From a virus, in IMG/VR virus record IMGVR_UViG_3300045988_123906: a DNA stretch of 64,000 bases; one strand, 5' to 3'. The translations under genes and the position numbers were made by a program. Below the pieces are notes generated by a model that saw only the letters and a list, made by a program, of their open reading frames with translations, was not told the DNA's origin and ran no database searches. Positions 28,522 through 38,201 of the stretch are shown one piece after another (positions within the stretch are counted from its first letter, which is position 1; every line of letters starts with the position of its first letter).

Positions 28522-29373
28522 ATGCTGAAAGTTTATGCTGACTACGATGCAATCGCCAAGGCTGGCAAGCTGAACGAGCTGACCATCCCCGAGCTGGTGA
28601 AGTTCCTGAACGAGCAGAAAACTGTTCTGACCGCTGAGCAGTCTCAGAACGTCACCACCACGCTCAACAAGGCTGTTGAGAACAACAACAAGGCCGCTTG
28701 CGACAACAAGTGCGCTGAGTTCTGCGCCATGGAACGTTCTGAAATGTGGCGTTCCTACGCTCCGAACCCCTACTACATGGGTATCAAGATTACCACTGAC
28801 CCCAAGAGCGGTACTCTGTCCACCCAAGATGCCAAGATGCTCATCAAGTTCAAGGCACTGGAGAAGTATTACCAGACCCTGAACGCTGTCGAGACCAACG
28901 ACAAAGGGGAGCCTATGCCCAACAAGAGCGTAACTCTCTGCCGTGATGGTCACTATGAGAAACTGGTTATGCTGTTCAACGGTATGCTTTCTGAAGAGAC
29001 CGCAAGCGAGCTTGGTGCTGACAAACTGACCCGTAGCGCCAAGGTGGAAGAAACCCTCAAAGATATGGGGCTGGATTGCTTTGTCGGTCATGTCAACAAG
29101 GGCAAGCGCCTTGCTCAGCTCCAGGCTATCTGGAACGCCATGCTTCCTGAAGAGCTGGCAGCGGCCTGCACTGCGCTGTCCTGCGATATTAAGTATCTCA
29201 AGATTGCGGCCAATCGGGCAAAACAGGGCTCTGTCAAGGGTCTCGGTGATAAGGCCATGATTGACGAGATTGTTGTCACTATCTCCAAGGGCCTCTCTTT
29301 CGATGGCAAGACACGTTCTTCCAAGTACGACTTTGCAAGCAAGAGCAAGTTCTTTGCCAAAGCCGAGCAGTAA
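28522..29373 (+). CDS. hypothetical protein (first gene of the plus arm, strongly codon-biased)
   Basis: ATG follows an AAGAGG RBS. 283 aa with a TAA stop. The long antisense ORF 28399..29478 is a shadow. Confidence 0.7.
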   Translation: MLKVYADYDAIAKAGKLNELTIPELVKFLNEQKTVLTAEQSQNVTTTLNKAVENNNKAACDNKCAEFCAMERSEMWRSYAPNPYYMGIKITTDPKSGTLSTQDAKMLIKFKALEKYYQTLNAVETNDKGEPMPNKSVTLCRDGHYEKLVMLFNGMLSEETASELGADKLTRSAKVEETLKDMGLDCFVGHVNKGKRLAQLQAIWNAMLPEELAAACTALSCDIKYLKIAANRAKQGSVKGLGDKAMIDEIVVTISKGLSFDGKTRSSKYDFASKSKFFAKAEQ

Positions 29374-29496
29374 CACGCAATAGTCGGATACCCTTTCGGG
29401 GTCGCACCGTTCAAAGCGGCCCCTTTCCAGCTCCGCAATAGGGGCGTAGCGCCTTAGAGTGTGGCGCATTGTAGACACTCAGAAAAGAGGTTCACT

Positions 29497-30069
29497 ATGG
29501 ATTGTCCTTACATCATTCGTGAGAACATTGGCTTCGGCCGTGTTCGTGAGCATGGTTACTATCAGCTCGATGAGATGGCCTATGACCTGACCCACGACTT
29601 TGCAAACGCAGATGTCGAGGTCATCACTCGCACTCTGTACAACGTCACCATGGAGAGCGGCGAAGAGCTTTCCCAACTGGATGACGACACGGTGTTCAAG
29701 ATGTTGAGTGCCGGTCTGCCTGTCAAGTACATTGAGAACGCAAGGGATGGGTACATCATGTACTCTCGTCCTGAGAGCAAGCCAGCTGTCGAGGTTAAGA
29801 GAGTCGGCGGTATCACTCGTGCAAGCGCAAGTCGTGAACAGTACGATGATGCAATCATTATCCCCATGGCAAAAGAGTGGGCGGTTCTTGACCGTGCAGA
29901 CATTGGCGACCATTACCGCGTTATGGAATTCAAAGACAACGCCATCAATATGTTTGAACAGAAGACCGAACGTAAATGGTGCAATCGTCCGTTCTATGAT
30001 GAAGTCCGCCTGTATCACAATGGGATGCTTGTGCGGCTTTCTGTAAACGGACACGAGTTCATTTTTTAA
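29497..30069 (+). CDS. hypothetical protein
   Basis: ATG 29497 follows AAAGAGG. 190 aa. Confidence 0.65.
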   Translation: MDCPYIIRENIGFGRVREHGYYQLDEMAYDLTHDFANADVEVITRTLYNVTMESGEELSQLDDDTVFKMLSAGLPVKYIENARDGYIMYSRPESKPAVEVKRVGGITRASASREQYDDAIIIPMAKEWAVLDRADIGDHYRVMEFKDNAINMFEQKTERKWCNRPFYDEVRLYHNGMLVRLSVNGHEFIF

Positions 30070-30189
30070 CATCGTCGTTTTCGTCCCGGGCATGACGTTA
30101 AACTACCTACCCCTACAATCGGAACGCCTTGACGTGGCGCAGGGGCTTTAAACTAAGAGTCCGAAAGAAAGAGAAAGGAGCTATCTTTG

Positions 30190-30783
30190 ATGTACAAGGA
30201 CAAAAACGGAATAGTCATTCAGTGTGTCAACCGCAAGGGTATGACGTACAACGGATGCAAAGTGCCGTACATGGGATTGTATGGCACTTTTGGCCACTAT
30301 GAATTTGTCGCAGAGCCGCGTTTTAACCCTCAGACGAAAGAAATGCGACTCAAGCATCGTGATATGAAAACGAAAACCAGATGGGACGATATGCCCAGCA
30401 AGGAAATCGTTTCGCATATCATCGATGCAGCACGAGTCAAGTGTGTCAAACTTTACAAGTGGGAAACCAAAATGGTAAACCCAGACCGGGATGAAATGAA
30501 AAAAGATTTCGAGATTTGGCGCAAAGAAGCATCCAATCCCGACTGCATTCGTCGTAAAAAATTCAAAATGAAATACCGTCAATCGTCCATGAGTGGTCAT
30601 GGATATTCTGAACTTAGCTGTACTCTTTATGGTGAATCCATTGAGATGAACGGAAAGCAGAAAAAATTGAATCGCTCTATGCAGACATATATGGACGGTA
30701 CCGGAATGGGTTCACGTTTCGATAATAGTGACCGTAGACCACTTGAACCGCAATTTCCAGTTAAATCTGGTAAACGCAAGTAA
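30190..30783 (+). CDS. hypothetical basic protein
   Basis: ATG 30190 follows AAAGGAG. 197 aa. Confidence 0.65.
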   Translation: MYKDKNGIVIQCVNRKGMTYNGCKVPYMGLYGTFGHYEFVAEPRFNPQTKEMRLKHRDMKTKTRWDDMPSKEIVSHIIDAARVKCVKLYKWETKMVNPDRDEMKKDFEIWRKEASNPDCIRRKKFKMKYRQSSMSGHGYSELSCTLYGESIEMNGKQKKLNRSMQTYMDGTGMGSRFDNSDRRPLEPQFPVKSGKRK

Positions 30784-31035
30784 TTATTTATTGTTCCTAT
30801 GATTCCATTGTCCATCTGGGCCAATTTTGGAATCAGAATTTAAGCCAAGATTTGAATTCAAACAAGCTATTTTGTCTGAATTTTTAAGTTCTTTCTTTGA
30901 AAATTTTGTTTTGATAAAGATACCCTCACGCTTGTTTAGGGCACGTCTTTTTCGGCACAAATGTTTATAACAAAGTCCATCCTGAAAAACAGGTTCATTA
31001 CATTTTGGCTTAGAACAAGTTAATTTTGGCTTCAA
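30784..31035 (-). CDS. orphan opposite-strand zinc-binding protein (C-x4-C-x9-C-x2-H)
   Basis: TTG start 7 nt after AGGAGG. Contains CSKPKCNEPVFQDGLCYKHLCRKRR, a pattern I recognise from N-termini of phage HNH-type proteins. AT-rich. Confidence 0.5.
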   Translation of the reverse strand: MKPKLTCSKPKCNEPVFQDGLCYKHLCRKRRALNKREGIFIKTKFSKKELKNSDKIACLNSNLGLNSDSKIGPDGQWNHRNNK

Positions 31036-31156
31036 AGTTATCGCCTCCTATTGGTATTATAAACGAAAACAATTCTATAATCAATTAGCGTACTCGTCAC
31101 ACCAAAAATGTGGCGTTTTCTTTTTACCTCTTTTCTCTGCTCCGCAAGGAGCGATA

Positions 31157-31194
31157 CTGGGCGATTTACGGTACCAGGGCAGACGTAACCGTAA
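31157..31194 (+). ncRNA. pseudoknot motif copy 2
   Basis: CTGG-GCGAT-[TTACGGT]-A-CCAG-GGCAGACGTA-[ACCGTAA]. The 5' CTGG pairs with the loop CCAG. It lies 37 nt upstream of ATG 31231. Confidence 0.6.
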
Positions 31195-31230
31195 CCACAA
31201 CCAAACAAAAATTGAAAGGAGCTTAGCAAA

Positions 31231-31419
31231 ATGAAATTCGTCAGAATCAACGGCGAAAACCACGCCGGTTACGCTCTGCTTGATATCGTCGAGCACAAAA
31301 CCACGAGCATGACTGTTGCAGAGCTGATGGAAGCTCTGTCCAAGTGCAGCCCGGACGCATACGTTACGTTCGGCAATAATTACGATGATTATGTCATCGA
31401 AACCGTAAACCAGATTTGA
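31231..31419 (+). CDS. hypothetical protein
   Basis: 62-aa ORF with an AAAGGAG RBS. Confidence 0.6.
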   Translation: MKFVRINGENHAGYALLDIVEHKTTSMTVAELMEALSKCSPDAYVTFGNNYDDYVIETVNQI

Positions 31420-31444
31420 GTATCAAACGAAAAGGAGAATCATC

Positions 31445-31561
31445 ATGGATTACTTTAGCACTGAATTCATTTTCGCTTGCGGCATCATCGTTGGCATTGC
31501 TTTGGCAATCGTAGCGCAGTCTATCTGGCATGATTTCCGCCGGGCAGCACGGCACCACTAA
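31445..31561 (+). CDS. small single-TM protein (38 aa)
   Basis: AAAGGAG RBS. Product is MDYFSTEFIFACGIIVGIALAIVAQSIWHDFRRAARHH. Confidence 0.45.
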   Translation: MDYFSTEFIFACGIIVGIALAIVAQSIWHDFRRAARHH

Positions 31562-31643
31562 GCGCCGCTGTCACTAAGCGATGCAGTCGTAGTAAGCGTC
31601 GCTGTTCGAATCTAAACCACAAAAAAGAAAGAGGTATATCGTT

Positions 31644-32054
31644 ATGAAATCCATTTTGAAATCGCTGAAGTCCATGGCAGTGACAATCGCCGCTGTCTTT
31701 CTGATGGCCGCAATCTTTGCTCTGCCTGTTCCCACTACAAGCGCCGCAACTCCGCGTGATGTGGGTCTCCGTGGGCGCTACGTCCTCAGCGCAACCGTCT
31801 CTCAGCAGAATCTCCTTCATACGATGGATTCGAAAGGGATTTATCGGGATGTTCTGTACTGTTTCTTTGACGACGAAAACGGTGATGCCTGGTGTTATGC
31901 CTACGAATGCGCCGACGAAACTGTTGTTGTTCCTCCCATGAATCAGAGTGTTACGCTCATCATGAATTCGAATGGCACTCCTGATGATATCTTCGATGAT
32001 ATCATCGAAGATATTCTGTGGTGCAACTGTGAAAACGCCGCTGAGGAAGATTGA
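31644..32054 (+). CDS. exported protein (signal-peptide-like N-terminus)
   Basis: N-terminus is MKSILKSLKSMAVTIAAVFLMAAIFALPVPTTSAA. 136 aa. Confidence 0.6.
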   Translation: MKSILKSLKSMAVTIAAVFLMAAIFALPVPTTSAATPRDVGLRGRYVLSATVSQQNLLHTMDSKGIYRDVLYCFFDDENGDAWCYAYECADETVVVPPMNQSVTLIMNSNGTPDDIFDDIIEDILWCNCENAAEED

Positions 32055-32103
32055 AATGGCATTTGCTGCCATTTAATAAAACAAAAAAGAGAGGTAAAAC
32101 AAA

Positions 32104-32613
32104 ATGGATAACATGAAACTGCTCAGATACGCTCGCGCCGCCGCCGTCGACAAGTGGTGGTGCTATGACAAGATTGCTACTCAGTATGCAGGTCACCGCG
32201 CTGAAAGCCTGGCTCGTAAGCTGGCTGATGAAGCAAAGGCGGATGTGAATGCAATCGCCGAGATGATTCGCGCCGAAGAAGCCAAGCGGCGTCTGAATGC
32301 CGATGTGATTGCAGAGCTGAAGAATCTGGTCAAAGAGCAGGTCAAGCCGCAGCAGTCTCCCAAAGCACCGCAGACCGGGGCCCAGCGCATGAAACAGGCC
32401 ATCAAAGAAGCTCCCTACGTCCTTGTTGTCAAGTGGAATAATCCTATCATGGGCGAAATGGAATACCCCTGCAAGAGTTACGCCGATGCTGAGAAAAACT
32501 TTGAAACCGCCAAGCGTGAAGTTCACAATGGCAACGTAACCGAAGCCCATGTGTACGAACAGAGCGAAGGTCAGCGTGTTCCCGTGATGGGCATTTTGAG
32601 TGGCAAGCTGTAA
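32104..32613 (+). CDS. hypothetical protein
   Basis: 169-aa ORF with an AGAGAGG RBS. Confidence 0.65.
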   Translation: MDNMKLLRYARAAAVDKWWCYDKIATQYAGHRAESLARKLADEAKADVNAIAEMIRAEEAKRRLNADVIAELKNLVKEQVKPQQSPKAPQTGAQRMKQAIKEAPYVLVVKWNNPIMGEMEYPCKSYADAEKNFETAKREVHNGNVTEAHVYEQSEGQRVPVMGILSGKL

Positions 32614-32647
32614 GAGTGTCGCTCCACAAGAGAGGAAATGAAATCGA

Positions 32648-33130
32648 ATGCTGACTGTGAAACAAGTTTTTGAATTCGCTCGTGATGGTGCGTTCGAGAC
32701 GTATAAGTTTGCAACTAAGTGCGAGAATTTTGACGCAGCACATGCGCTTGCCCAGATTATCAAAGAAATTCAGAATGTCATTGACAACCTCGACAAAAAA
32801 GAAAACTATATCGCCAGCTCGAATCCAGGCACTGAAACCGCTGTTCTCTTTGCTCTGAATCTGAAAGAAGGCGATGTACAGAAGCTCAAAGCGGCAAAAC
32901 GTCCACAACCAGTGCAGCTGTATCAAGTTCGCGTCACCCATTTGACGGGCGACGAACAGGTGTTGCGATTTCCGATTCTGGCCGCAGCCAGTTCTACGCT
33001 CGAGCTGCTCAAATATGAGTTGGAAGTCGGGCGAATCCGTGGGGCAAAAATCGTCAGGGTAATTCCCAGTGTCGGCATGAAAGAAACTTTGGTAAGCATT
33101 GGCGAAACTGAAGGGGAGGACACTTTCTAA
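32648..33130 (+). CDS. hypothetical protein
   Basis: 160-aa ORF with an AGAGAGG RBS. Confidence 0.65.
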   Translation: MLTVKQVFEFARDGAFETYKFATKCENFDAAHALAQIIKEIQNVIDNLDKKENYIASSNPGTETAVLFALNLKEGDVQKLKAAKRPQPVQLYQVRVTHLTGDEQVLRFPILAAASSTLELLKYELEVGRIRGAKIVRVIPSVGMKETLVSIGETEGEDTF

Positions 33131-33507
33131 TGATTTTGTCAGAGATCTATCAGATGCATGACAGATTGTGCGCCGTTGTGCTGGACCCGGAAAGCGAAAC
33201 TCTTACGCCGATTCGTGTCGTAAATTTGGATACGAAAGAGCTGACCCCGCAGTTTTTCAGTGATGCGAGGGCTGGATTTCCTGATGCGAAACCATTCCGA
33301 CCGTACAATCCCAGCAGCCTGAACTGGCTCATCATTGAAAAATATGGTCTGCTGGTTGCATCTATCAATAATCGGGGCGGATTTATCGTGTTTGAAAGTC
33401 CTGATATGTCTTCGCTGACAAAATCTCTATTCAGTAAGAAAGCGAGATTGAATTATGAGAGACGTTTTTCCTCCAGAGAAACATGCAATCGCCGTGTATC
33501 CGCTTAA
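33130..33507 (+). CDS. hypothetical protein
   Basis: 125-aa ORF with a TAATG overlap upstream. Its 3' end overlaps the next ORF by about 50 nt. Confidence 0.55.
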   Translation: MILSEIYQMHDRLCAVVLDPESETLTPIRVVNLDTKELTPQFFSDARAGFPDAKPFRPYNPSSLNWLIIEKYGLLVASINNRGGFIVFESPDMSSLTKSLFSKKARLNYERRFSSRETCNRRVSA

Positions 33508-33685
33508 CAACTGGGGCGGGCTTGAGATCACAGCGATTGAAGAGGCGTGTGTTGAAGTCACAATCAACAATGGTGAGCGCCGCAAGCAGGCTGGCCGCCA
33601 CAAAATCTATCAGACGAACAAGGGCCATGCGTACTTCATTATGCATGGCTCTCGTTATTATCTGGACGAATTCACAAGAGTATAA
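33455..33685 (+). CDS. hypothetical protein
   Basis: 76-aa ORF. Confidence 0.5.
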   Translation: MRDVFPPEKHAIAVYPLNNWGGLEITAIEEACVEVTINNGERRKQAGRHKIYQTNKGHAYFIMHGSRYYLDEFTRV

Positions 33686-33744
33686 GCGCCGCAGCAGCCG
33701 TAAGAAGCGCCGCAGCGCAGCAGTCGAAAGGAGCAATATGAATT

Positions 33745-33933
33745 ATGTTCGCAACATACCTTAGTGATACGGATTCCACCTGGATGCAAGAGCGCCGTCA
33801 TAAGCGCCGCATCGAATTGGCTGACCCGTACTTCCTGCCCTATAGCAGACTCCGGCCGCGTGTTCAAATCGAATTGCAGTTTCACATTCTGACTCTGCCA
33901 TTCACAGTAAAGGAGGGTGATTTGATTGTCTGA
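33745..33933 (+). CDS. hypothetical protein
   Basis: 62-aa ORF. Confidence 0.45.
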   Translation: MFATYLSDTDSTWMQERRHKRRIELADPYFLPYSRLRPRVQIELQFHILTLPFTVKEGDLIV

Positions 33934-34159
33934 GCATCCTATTGTCTGGGTGTTCGCCGCCATGTTGCTTCTGGTGGGCGCACTCCAGCAAATCGGAACC
34001 GGCCTGTATTATCTGGGGTGTTTCCGCCGCTACAATCAGGTGATCGACACCCTGGCACGCTGGTTTGATACCGTAGATCCGATCGAAATGACGGAAACGA
34101 TTCGCAATTTCTTCCTCATCTCGATTGCCCTGACTCTGTTGATTGCTGTGGTCGTCTAA
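33926..34159 (+). CDS. membrane protein (2 TM)
   Basis: TTG start 8 nt after AAGGAGGG. The 77-aa product contains hydrophobic helices. Confidence 0.5.
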   Translation: MSEHPIVWVFAAMLLLVGALQQIGTGLYYLGCFRRYNQVIDTLARWFDTVDPIEMTETIRNFFLISIALTLLIAVVV

Positions 34160-34371
34160 GCGGCACGCAGTAATACATAAACGCAAAAAAGTGAAAGAGG
34201 TAATAAAATGCTGTACTATCGTACCAAAAATGAAGCCAACAACAAGCCCATGTATATGGGAAAGAGGCGGGACCGCAGATGATATAATCTATGAAATTTT
34301 GGTGTGATTCAAAATAATGCTTTGCAGTGGCGCTCTGGTAAAAATCGGAGCAAAAAACTGCGGAGCCCATG

Positions 34372-34409
34372 TCGGGCGACTGGTGGTACCGAGGCAGACG
34401 TAACCACAT
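34372..34409 (+). ncRNA. pseudoknot motif copy 3
   Basis: TCGG-GCGAC-TG[GTGGT]-A-CCGA-GGCAGACGTA-[ACCAC]AT. The 5' TCGG pairs with the loop CCGA. It lies 96 nt upstream of ATG 34505. Confidence 0.55.
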
Positions 34410-34504
34410 CCAATACAATAACATAATAAAATGTGCAAAAACGCGTGCCAATTCAATTATAGACTGCACGAAAAATTGCACAAACAGGAAAGGAAAACGC
34501 GGTC

Positions 34505-34807
34505 ATGGATATCTATATTGTCATGCAGAACGTCAAAGTCAATGATTCTGAATTTAATAGATGGCGCGACAATGGTACTTGTCCACTATCTGCTCATCGT
34601 AGTTTTGACGTGGCATTTGATACTATCTTCAAAGAATATTGTTCTATCAGAAAGCATAAAAACGTTTCGGATGTGAATTACAAAGACGGCGATGATGCTA
34701 GTCTTGAGTATACTTTTACAGACCCTATGTTTGGAGTTCAATACAAATTCGAACAGTGGGTTAGTTGTATTGAGTTAAAAGACGAGGAGGCTCTGCAGCA
34801 TGACTGA
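34505..34807 (+). CDS. hypothetical protein
   Basis: 100-aa ORF. Confidence 0.6.
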   Translation: MDIYIVMQNVKVNDSEFNRWRDNGTCPLSAHRSFDVAFDTIFKEYCSIRKHKNVSDVNYKDGDDASLEYTFTDPMFGVQYKFEQWVSCIELKDEEALQHD

Positions 34808-34991
34808 CTATGCAGACGCTGGCTATCAGCTCCAGCATTACAAGATCACATTCTATGCCGACAATAATGGCAAAATCCCGCTCAAGGTGGTTCGCCGTGC
34901 ATTCGCCAGTTACGATTGTGCCAAAATGTGGGAAGCTAATGTGATGTATCAAACCCCTGAATATAACAGTGTCACGATCGAAATGGAATGA
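34800..34991 (+). CDS. hypothetical protein
   Basis: 63-aa ORF with an 8-nt overlap upstream. Confidence 0.55.
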   Translation: MTDYADAGYQLQHYKITFYADNNGKIPLKVVRRAFASYDCAKMWEANVMYQTPEYNSVTIEME

Positions 34992-35007
34992 AAGGAGGCG
35001 GCGCAGT

Positions 35008-35352
35008 ATGTTCGTTTGGGGAATTTTTATGTCCCATGAAGACCGTGACGAAACTATTCACGACGACAAGTTTCATTACGATCTTTTTGCTACTGAAGAA
35101 CGAGCACTTGAGTATCTTAAAGAACAAGAAAAATGGTGGCATAACATCTACAATGATCCTTGTATCACAGATGCGGCTAAGAAGGAAATCTTTGGTGGTA
35201 AAAAGCCAGACGAATCCATTCGCTTATTCAAAGAGCCTGCCGAAATCTGCGGCGAAGAAGATGTATGGGTTCTTACTCGCGATTACATTTCCTCAACTGG
35301 AGCCGAAATGCGCGAAAGAATCATGGCAAAAGAACTATCAGTAAAAGAATAA
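35008..35352 (+). CDS. hypothetical protein
   Basis: ATG 35008 follows AAAGGAGG. 114 aa. Confidence 0.6.
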   Translation: MFVWGIFMSHEDRDETIHDDKFHYDLFATEERALEYLKEQEKWWHNIYNDPCITDAAKKEIFGGKKPDESIRLFKEPAEICGEEDVWVLTRDYISSTGAEMRERIMAKELSVKE

Positions 35353-35368
35353 GGGGGCAAACGTAGCA

Positions 35369-35683
35369 ATGGTTCTCAACATGACTGAACTTTCTATCGC
35401 CCAATGGTCCAATACCCAGCTCGATGCAGCTCGCAAGCTGTGTACAGATGGCACTCTTCATGATTGTGCGCTACCTATTATCGTGCCGACTGATTCCTCT
35501 GTCCGAGTCAGAGTTCTTGCATGGGATACGGCTGATACAGTTATGACCATGAAACCGGAAGCTGTAATTCTTCAGGGCGAACCTGTTTTTGTAAACGCAT
35601 TCCTTGAGCGATACGGTACAAGAATTCAGTGTTACTCTCCTTGCTACGCTGATGGCAAGTTCGTGCAGTTCAGGAGGTTCTGA
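35369..35683 (+). CDS. hypothetical protein
   Basis: 104-aa ORF. Confidence 0.6.
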   Translation: MVLNMTELSIAQWSNTQLDAARKLCTDGTLHDCALPIIVPTDSSVRVRVLAWDTADTVMTMKPEAVILQGEPVFVNAFLERYGTRIQCYSPCYADGKFVQFRRF

Positions 35684-35684
35684 T

Positions 35685-35912
35685 ATGTGTCAAAAATGCA
35701 GTTGGACATTAAATAACCATATTCTCTGGAACAGTAAGGGAAAATGGCTGTTCACATCAAAGAAAAACTATCTAGCAGAAGACATTGATATGAGTTTGGT
35801 TGAAAATTTTGGCACTGATTATACTGCTGCATTACTTAGTATTATTGATAAGCACGGATTCGATGTATTCAATGATACCTGCGTTATGAGTGGTAATACG
35901 CCACAGGTATAA
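35685..35912 (+). CDS. hypothetical protein
   Basis: ATG 35685 follows CAGGAGG. The 75-aa product begins MCQKCSW... Confidence 0.55.
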   Translation: MCQKCSWTLNNHILWNSKGKWLFTSKKNYLAEDIDMSLVENFGTDYTAALLSIIDKHGFDVFNDTCVMSGNTPQV

Positions 35913-35943
35913 GTGCCGTTGGCGCAGAAAGGAGACCCGCAAG

Positions 35944-36210
35944 ATGTCTGACTGGAAACTCGGTAAGGATATGATTCCCAGCGATACGATTCTTGATCCT
36001 GTCACATTTGATGACTTGATCCTGGCTCTGAAATGCAACTGTGAGCGCATCACGCCGGATACGGTCATTATTCAGGCGACGGAGATTATCAATCAGCGGC
36101 TGGAAGATTGGAAGTATCTGCTCGAAAATAACATGGAAGAAATCATTGCGCTGGCAACGGATGAACCGCTTGAAGACGCTGGCCACGATGATATCACACT
36201 CGAAGAGTAA
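35944..36210 (+). CDS. hypothetical acidic protein
   Basis: ATG 35944 follows AAAGGAG. 88 aa. Confidence 0.55.
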   Translation: MSDWKLGKDMIPSDTILDPVTFDDLILALKCNCERITPDTVIIQATEIINQRLEDWKYLLENNMEEIIALATDEPLEDAGHDDITLEE

Positions 36211-36231
36211 CAGGAGAGGAGGTTTTGCCAG

Positions 36232-36567
36232 ATGACATTCAATGAAGCAGTCGGTGTTCATTTTTGTGATATTGACAACGAAACCGATAAGCGGCTTACG
36301 TTCCGCGAACTCAACATTCGTTATATCAATCATCTTGGAGGTTTGGATGCGGTCAAACCGTACATCCCGTTCGAACTTGACTACTTGATTCCGAAATATC
36401 AACAAGATCGTCATCTTAACAATACCTCTTTAAGAATCTGGGATGATGCTGCGAATGGAATTAAAGATCTTTGCTATCAACACCATGTCACATGCACAAG
36501 TCAGGCCGAACGAGTTAGTGTGCTGAAAGAAGCGGCCGCGATTCTGTGTGAACGAGTGGCGCAATAA
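36232..36567 (+). CDS. hypothetical protein
   Basis: 111-aa ORF with a GGAGAGGAGG RBS. Confidence 0.6.
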   Translation: MTFNEAVGVHFCDIDNETDKRLTFRELNIRYINHLGGLDAVKPYIPFELDYLIPKYQQDRHLNNTSLRIWDDAANGIKDLCYQHHVTCTSQAERVSVLKEAAAILCERVAQ

Positions 36568-36580
36568 GAGGAGTGTTAAT

Positions 36581-36862
36581 TTGTATACGATCAAAGTAAC
36601 ATATCGTGCGGCAATCGCAACAAGCACGCGGCTCGATTATAAGAAGGCTACTTACCAGTTCGAATCTGTGCCGAATGATGTGGTCGATACGCTGTGTGCT
36701 GCCATTGATACAGAGTATAAGAAGCGATCAAAAGATCAGCATAGTGTGATGATTCACCTTGAGGCAGCGCTTGAGACCATGGAACGATTCAGAAAGCGCA
36801 TGTACGTGCCGAACTCCATCGAGAGCGTTGAGATCGTTGACGCAGAAGAAAATGGCGACTAA
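36581..36862 (+). CDS. hypothetical protein (paralog of 36927..37190)
   Basis: TTG start follows AAGAGGAG. The 93-aa product shares the outline I-x-V-T-Y ... F/Y-I/V-P-x-S-I with the next gene. Confidence 0.5.
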   Translation: MYTIKVTYRAAIATSTRLDYKKATYQFESVPNDVVDTLCAAIDTEYKKRSKDQHSVMIHLEAALETMERFRKRMYVPNSIESVEIVDAEENGD

Positions 36863-36926
36863 TCAACGCCTGTTAGTTGTTGAGCAAAACTCCAAACGGT
36901 TGTATAATGAAAAGGAGCGTAACAGT

Positions 36927-37190
36927 ATGAAGTCAGTACAGATTACATACGATGCAAAAGTTAAGATCGGAACCAGCTATGAGCGCGGCGAAGCATGTAC
37001 GCAGCTCGATTTCCTTGACGATAAGGTTGTGGAGAGCCTGATCGCTGATGTGAATGCGGCACCTGCTGAACAGAGTTCGCACTGGTTCGATCTGCTTCAG
37101 ACGCTTACCTTTATGAACATGCTGCAAGGACGAATCTTCATTCCGACTTCAATCAAGATGATTCAGGTCGTTGCTGAGATTCCGAATTAA
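36927..37190 (+). CDS. hypothetical protein (paralog of 36581..36862)
   Basis: ATG 36927 follows AAAGGAG. 87 aa. Confidence 0.55.
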   Translation: MKSVQITYDAKVKIGTSYERGEACTQLDFLDDKVVESLIADVNAAPAEQSSHWFDLLQTLTFMNMLQGRIFIPTSIKMIQVVAEIPN

Positions 37191-37450
37191 GTCATAAAAG
37201 AACGAGTGATACTACAAGATTGTTGAAAACTCACTTGTTCAAAATGTTGAAAACTTAATCGCTGATTCATTCTTTCGCTTGCAACAATAATTCATTCCTA
37301 TTTCGAACTCAAACTCAATTACGCAATCGCCAATGAACAAGCGACGCGAAAATAAAATTGATGATTAAGTTTAAGAGGATTATAGGAGATAAAGGAGATT
37401 GTTAAGGGGAAAAAGAACCATCAGGGAGAAAAAGAGAAAGAAGGGTTTTT

Positions 37451-37807
37451 ATGGCGAGCTTAGATCTTGGCGTACACGAATTCAAACCGGAGGACTTCCT
37501 CAAGCTGGTCCAGCAGCACGATGACTTCACGATTGTGTGCGGCTCGAAATCTTATCTGCAGATCCATGTGCCTACAAAGTGGGTTCAGCTGGGCAAGACC
37601 ACTCGTGGGACGGATTACCTGACCTGCCGCAACAAACGCAAGAGAGACGGTCATCTGTTCAAAATTTACGGAAGTAAGTTTGTTTTCGAGATCACTGACA
37701 CCGTACATGGATTGAGCGGAGTTTTGAAAACTGATCGAAGCGACGATGAATTTGTTGTTTCGATGTGGAAGGCAGAAGGTTTTGTCTTTGACAGTGATGA
37801 CGAATAA
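37451..37807 (+). CDS. hypothetical protein
   Basis: 118-aa ORF, the first gene after a 260-nt gap. Confidence 0.6.
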   Translation: MASLDLGVHEFKPEDFLKLVQQHDDFTIVCGSKSYLQIHVPTKWVQLGKTTRGTDYLTCRNKRKRDGHLFKIYGSKFVFEITDTVHGLSGVLKTDRSDDEFVVSMWKAEGFVFDSDDE

Positions 37808-37820
37808 GGAGCGATAAATC

Positions 37821-38201
37821 GTGGAAGAAATCATAATGAAAGCCATTCCTGAGCATGGCGGCGTTTCGATGTCCCGGGCTGAGCAGGAGACCATCATCAC
37901 CATTGGCGCTCTGGATAAGACGGCCGATGTGTGCACCAACGATCCTGTTTACTGGCGCAAGCTTGATGCCATGTGCGAGAAGCATCCTGACGAGTACAAG
38001 CTCACCAAGATCCATCGCACGAAAGACGGGTTGATCCTGTGTAAGTGGTATTCGGTGCCGCGTAAGCTGGTTCGGTTCGGAACGCCGATAGCGCCTCGCG
38101 AACTGACCGATGAACAGCGTGCAGAACTTCGTGAGCGAATGAAAAAGGTACAAGCGGCTCGACAGAATAAGGCCAGCATCGATTCTCAGCCGAATTCATA
38201 A
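37821..38201 (+). CDS. hypothetical protein
   Basis: GTG 37821 lies 8 nt after AAGGAG; ATG 37836 is an alternative start. About 125 aa. Confidence 0.6.
   Translation: MEEIIMKAIPEHGGVSMSRAEQETIITIGALDKTADVCTNDPVYWRKLDAMCEKHPDEYKLTKIHRTKDGLILCKWYSVPRKLVRFGTPIAPRELTDEQRAELRERMKKVQAARQNKASIDSQPNS

Noticed and set aside
28399-29478. Long antisense ORFs opposite strongly codon-biased genes (for example 28399..29478-, 4489..5373+, 8872..9669+, 10795..11928+, 39448..40683-, 44761..45450-, 45852..47099-, 49488..50468-, 54589..55686-, 55695..56495-, 57398..58195-, 59177..60037-, 62040..62963-)
   Set aside because: These are shadow ORFs of GC3-rich genes. Their products are low-complexity (Leu/Arg/Ser/Gly-rich), they lack RBSs, and they fully overlap sense genes that have recognisable motifs.
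33483-33764. ORF 33483..33764+ (93 aa) overlapping 33455..33685
   Set aside because: Its product is Arg/Ser-rich and low-complexity, in an alternative frame of a better ORF. It also ends at a TAG, which this phage does not appear to use as a stop.
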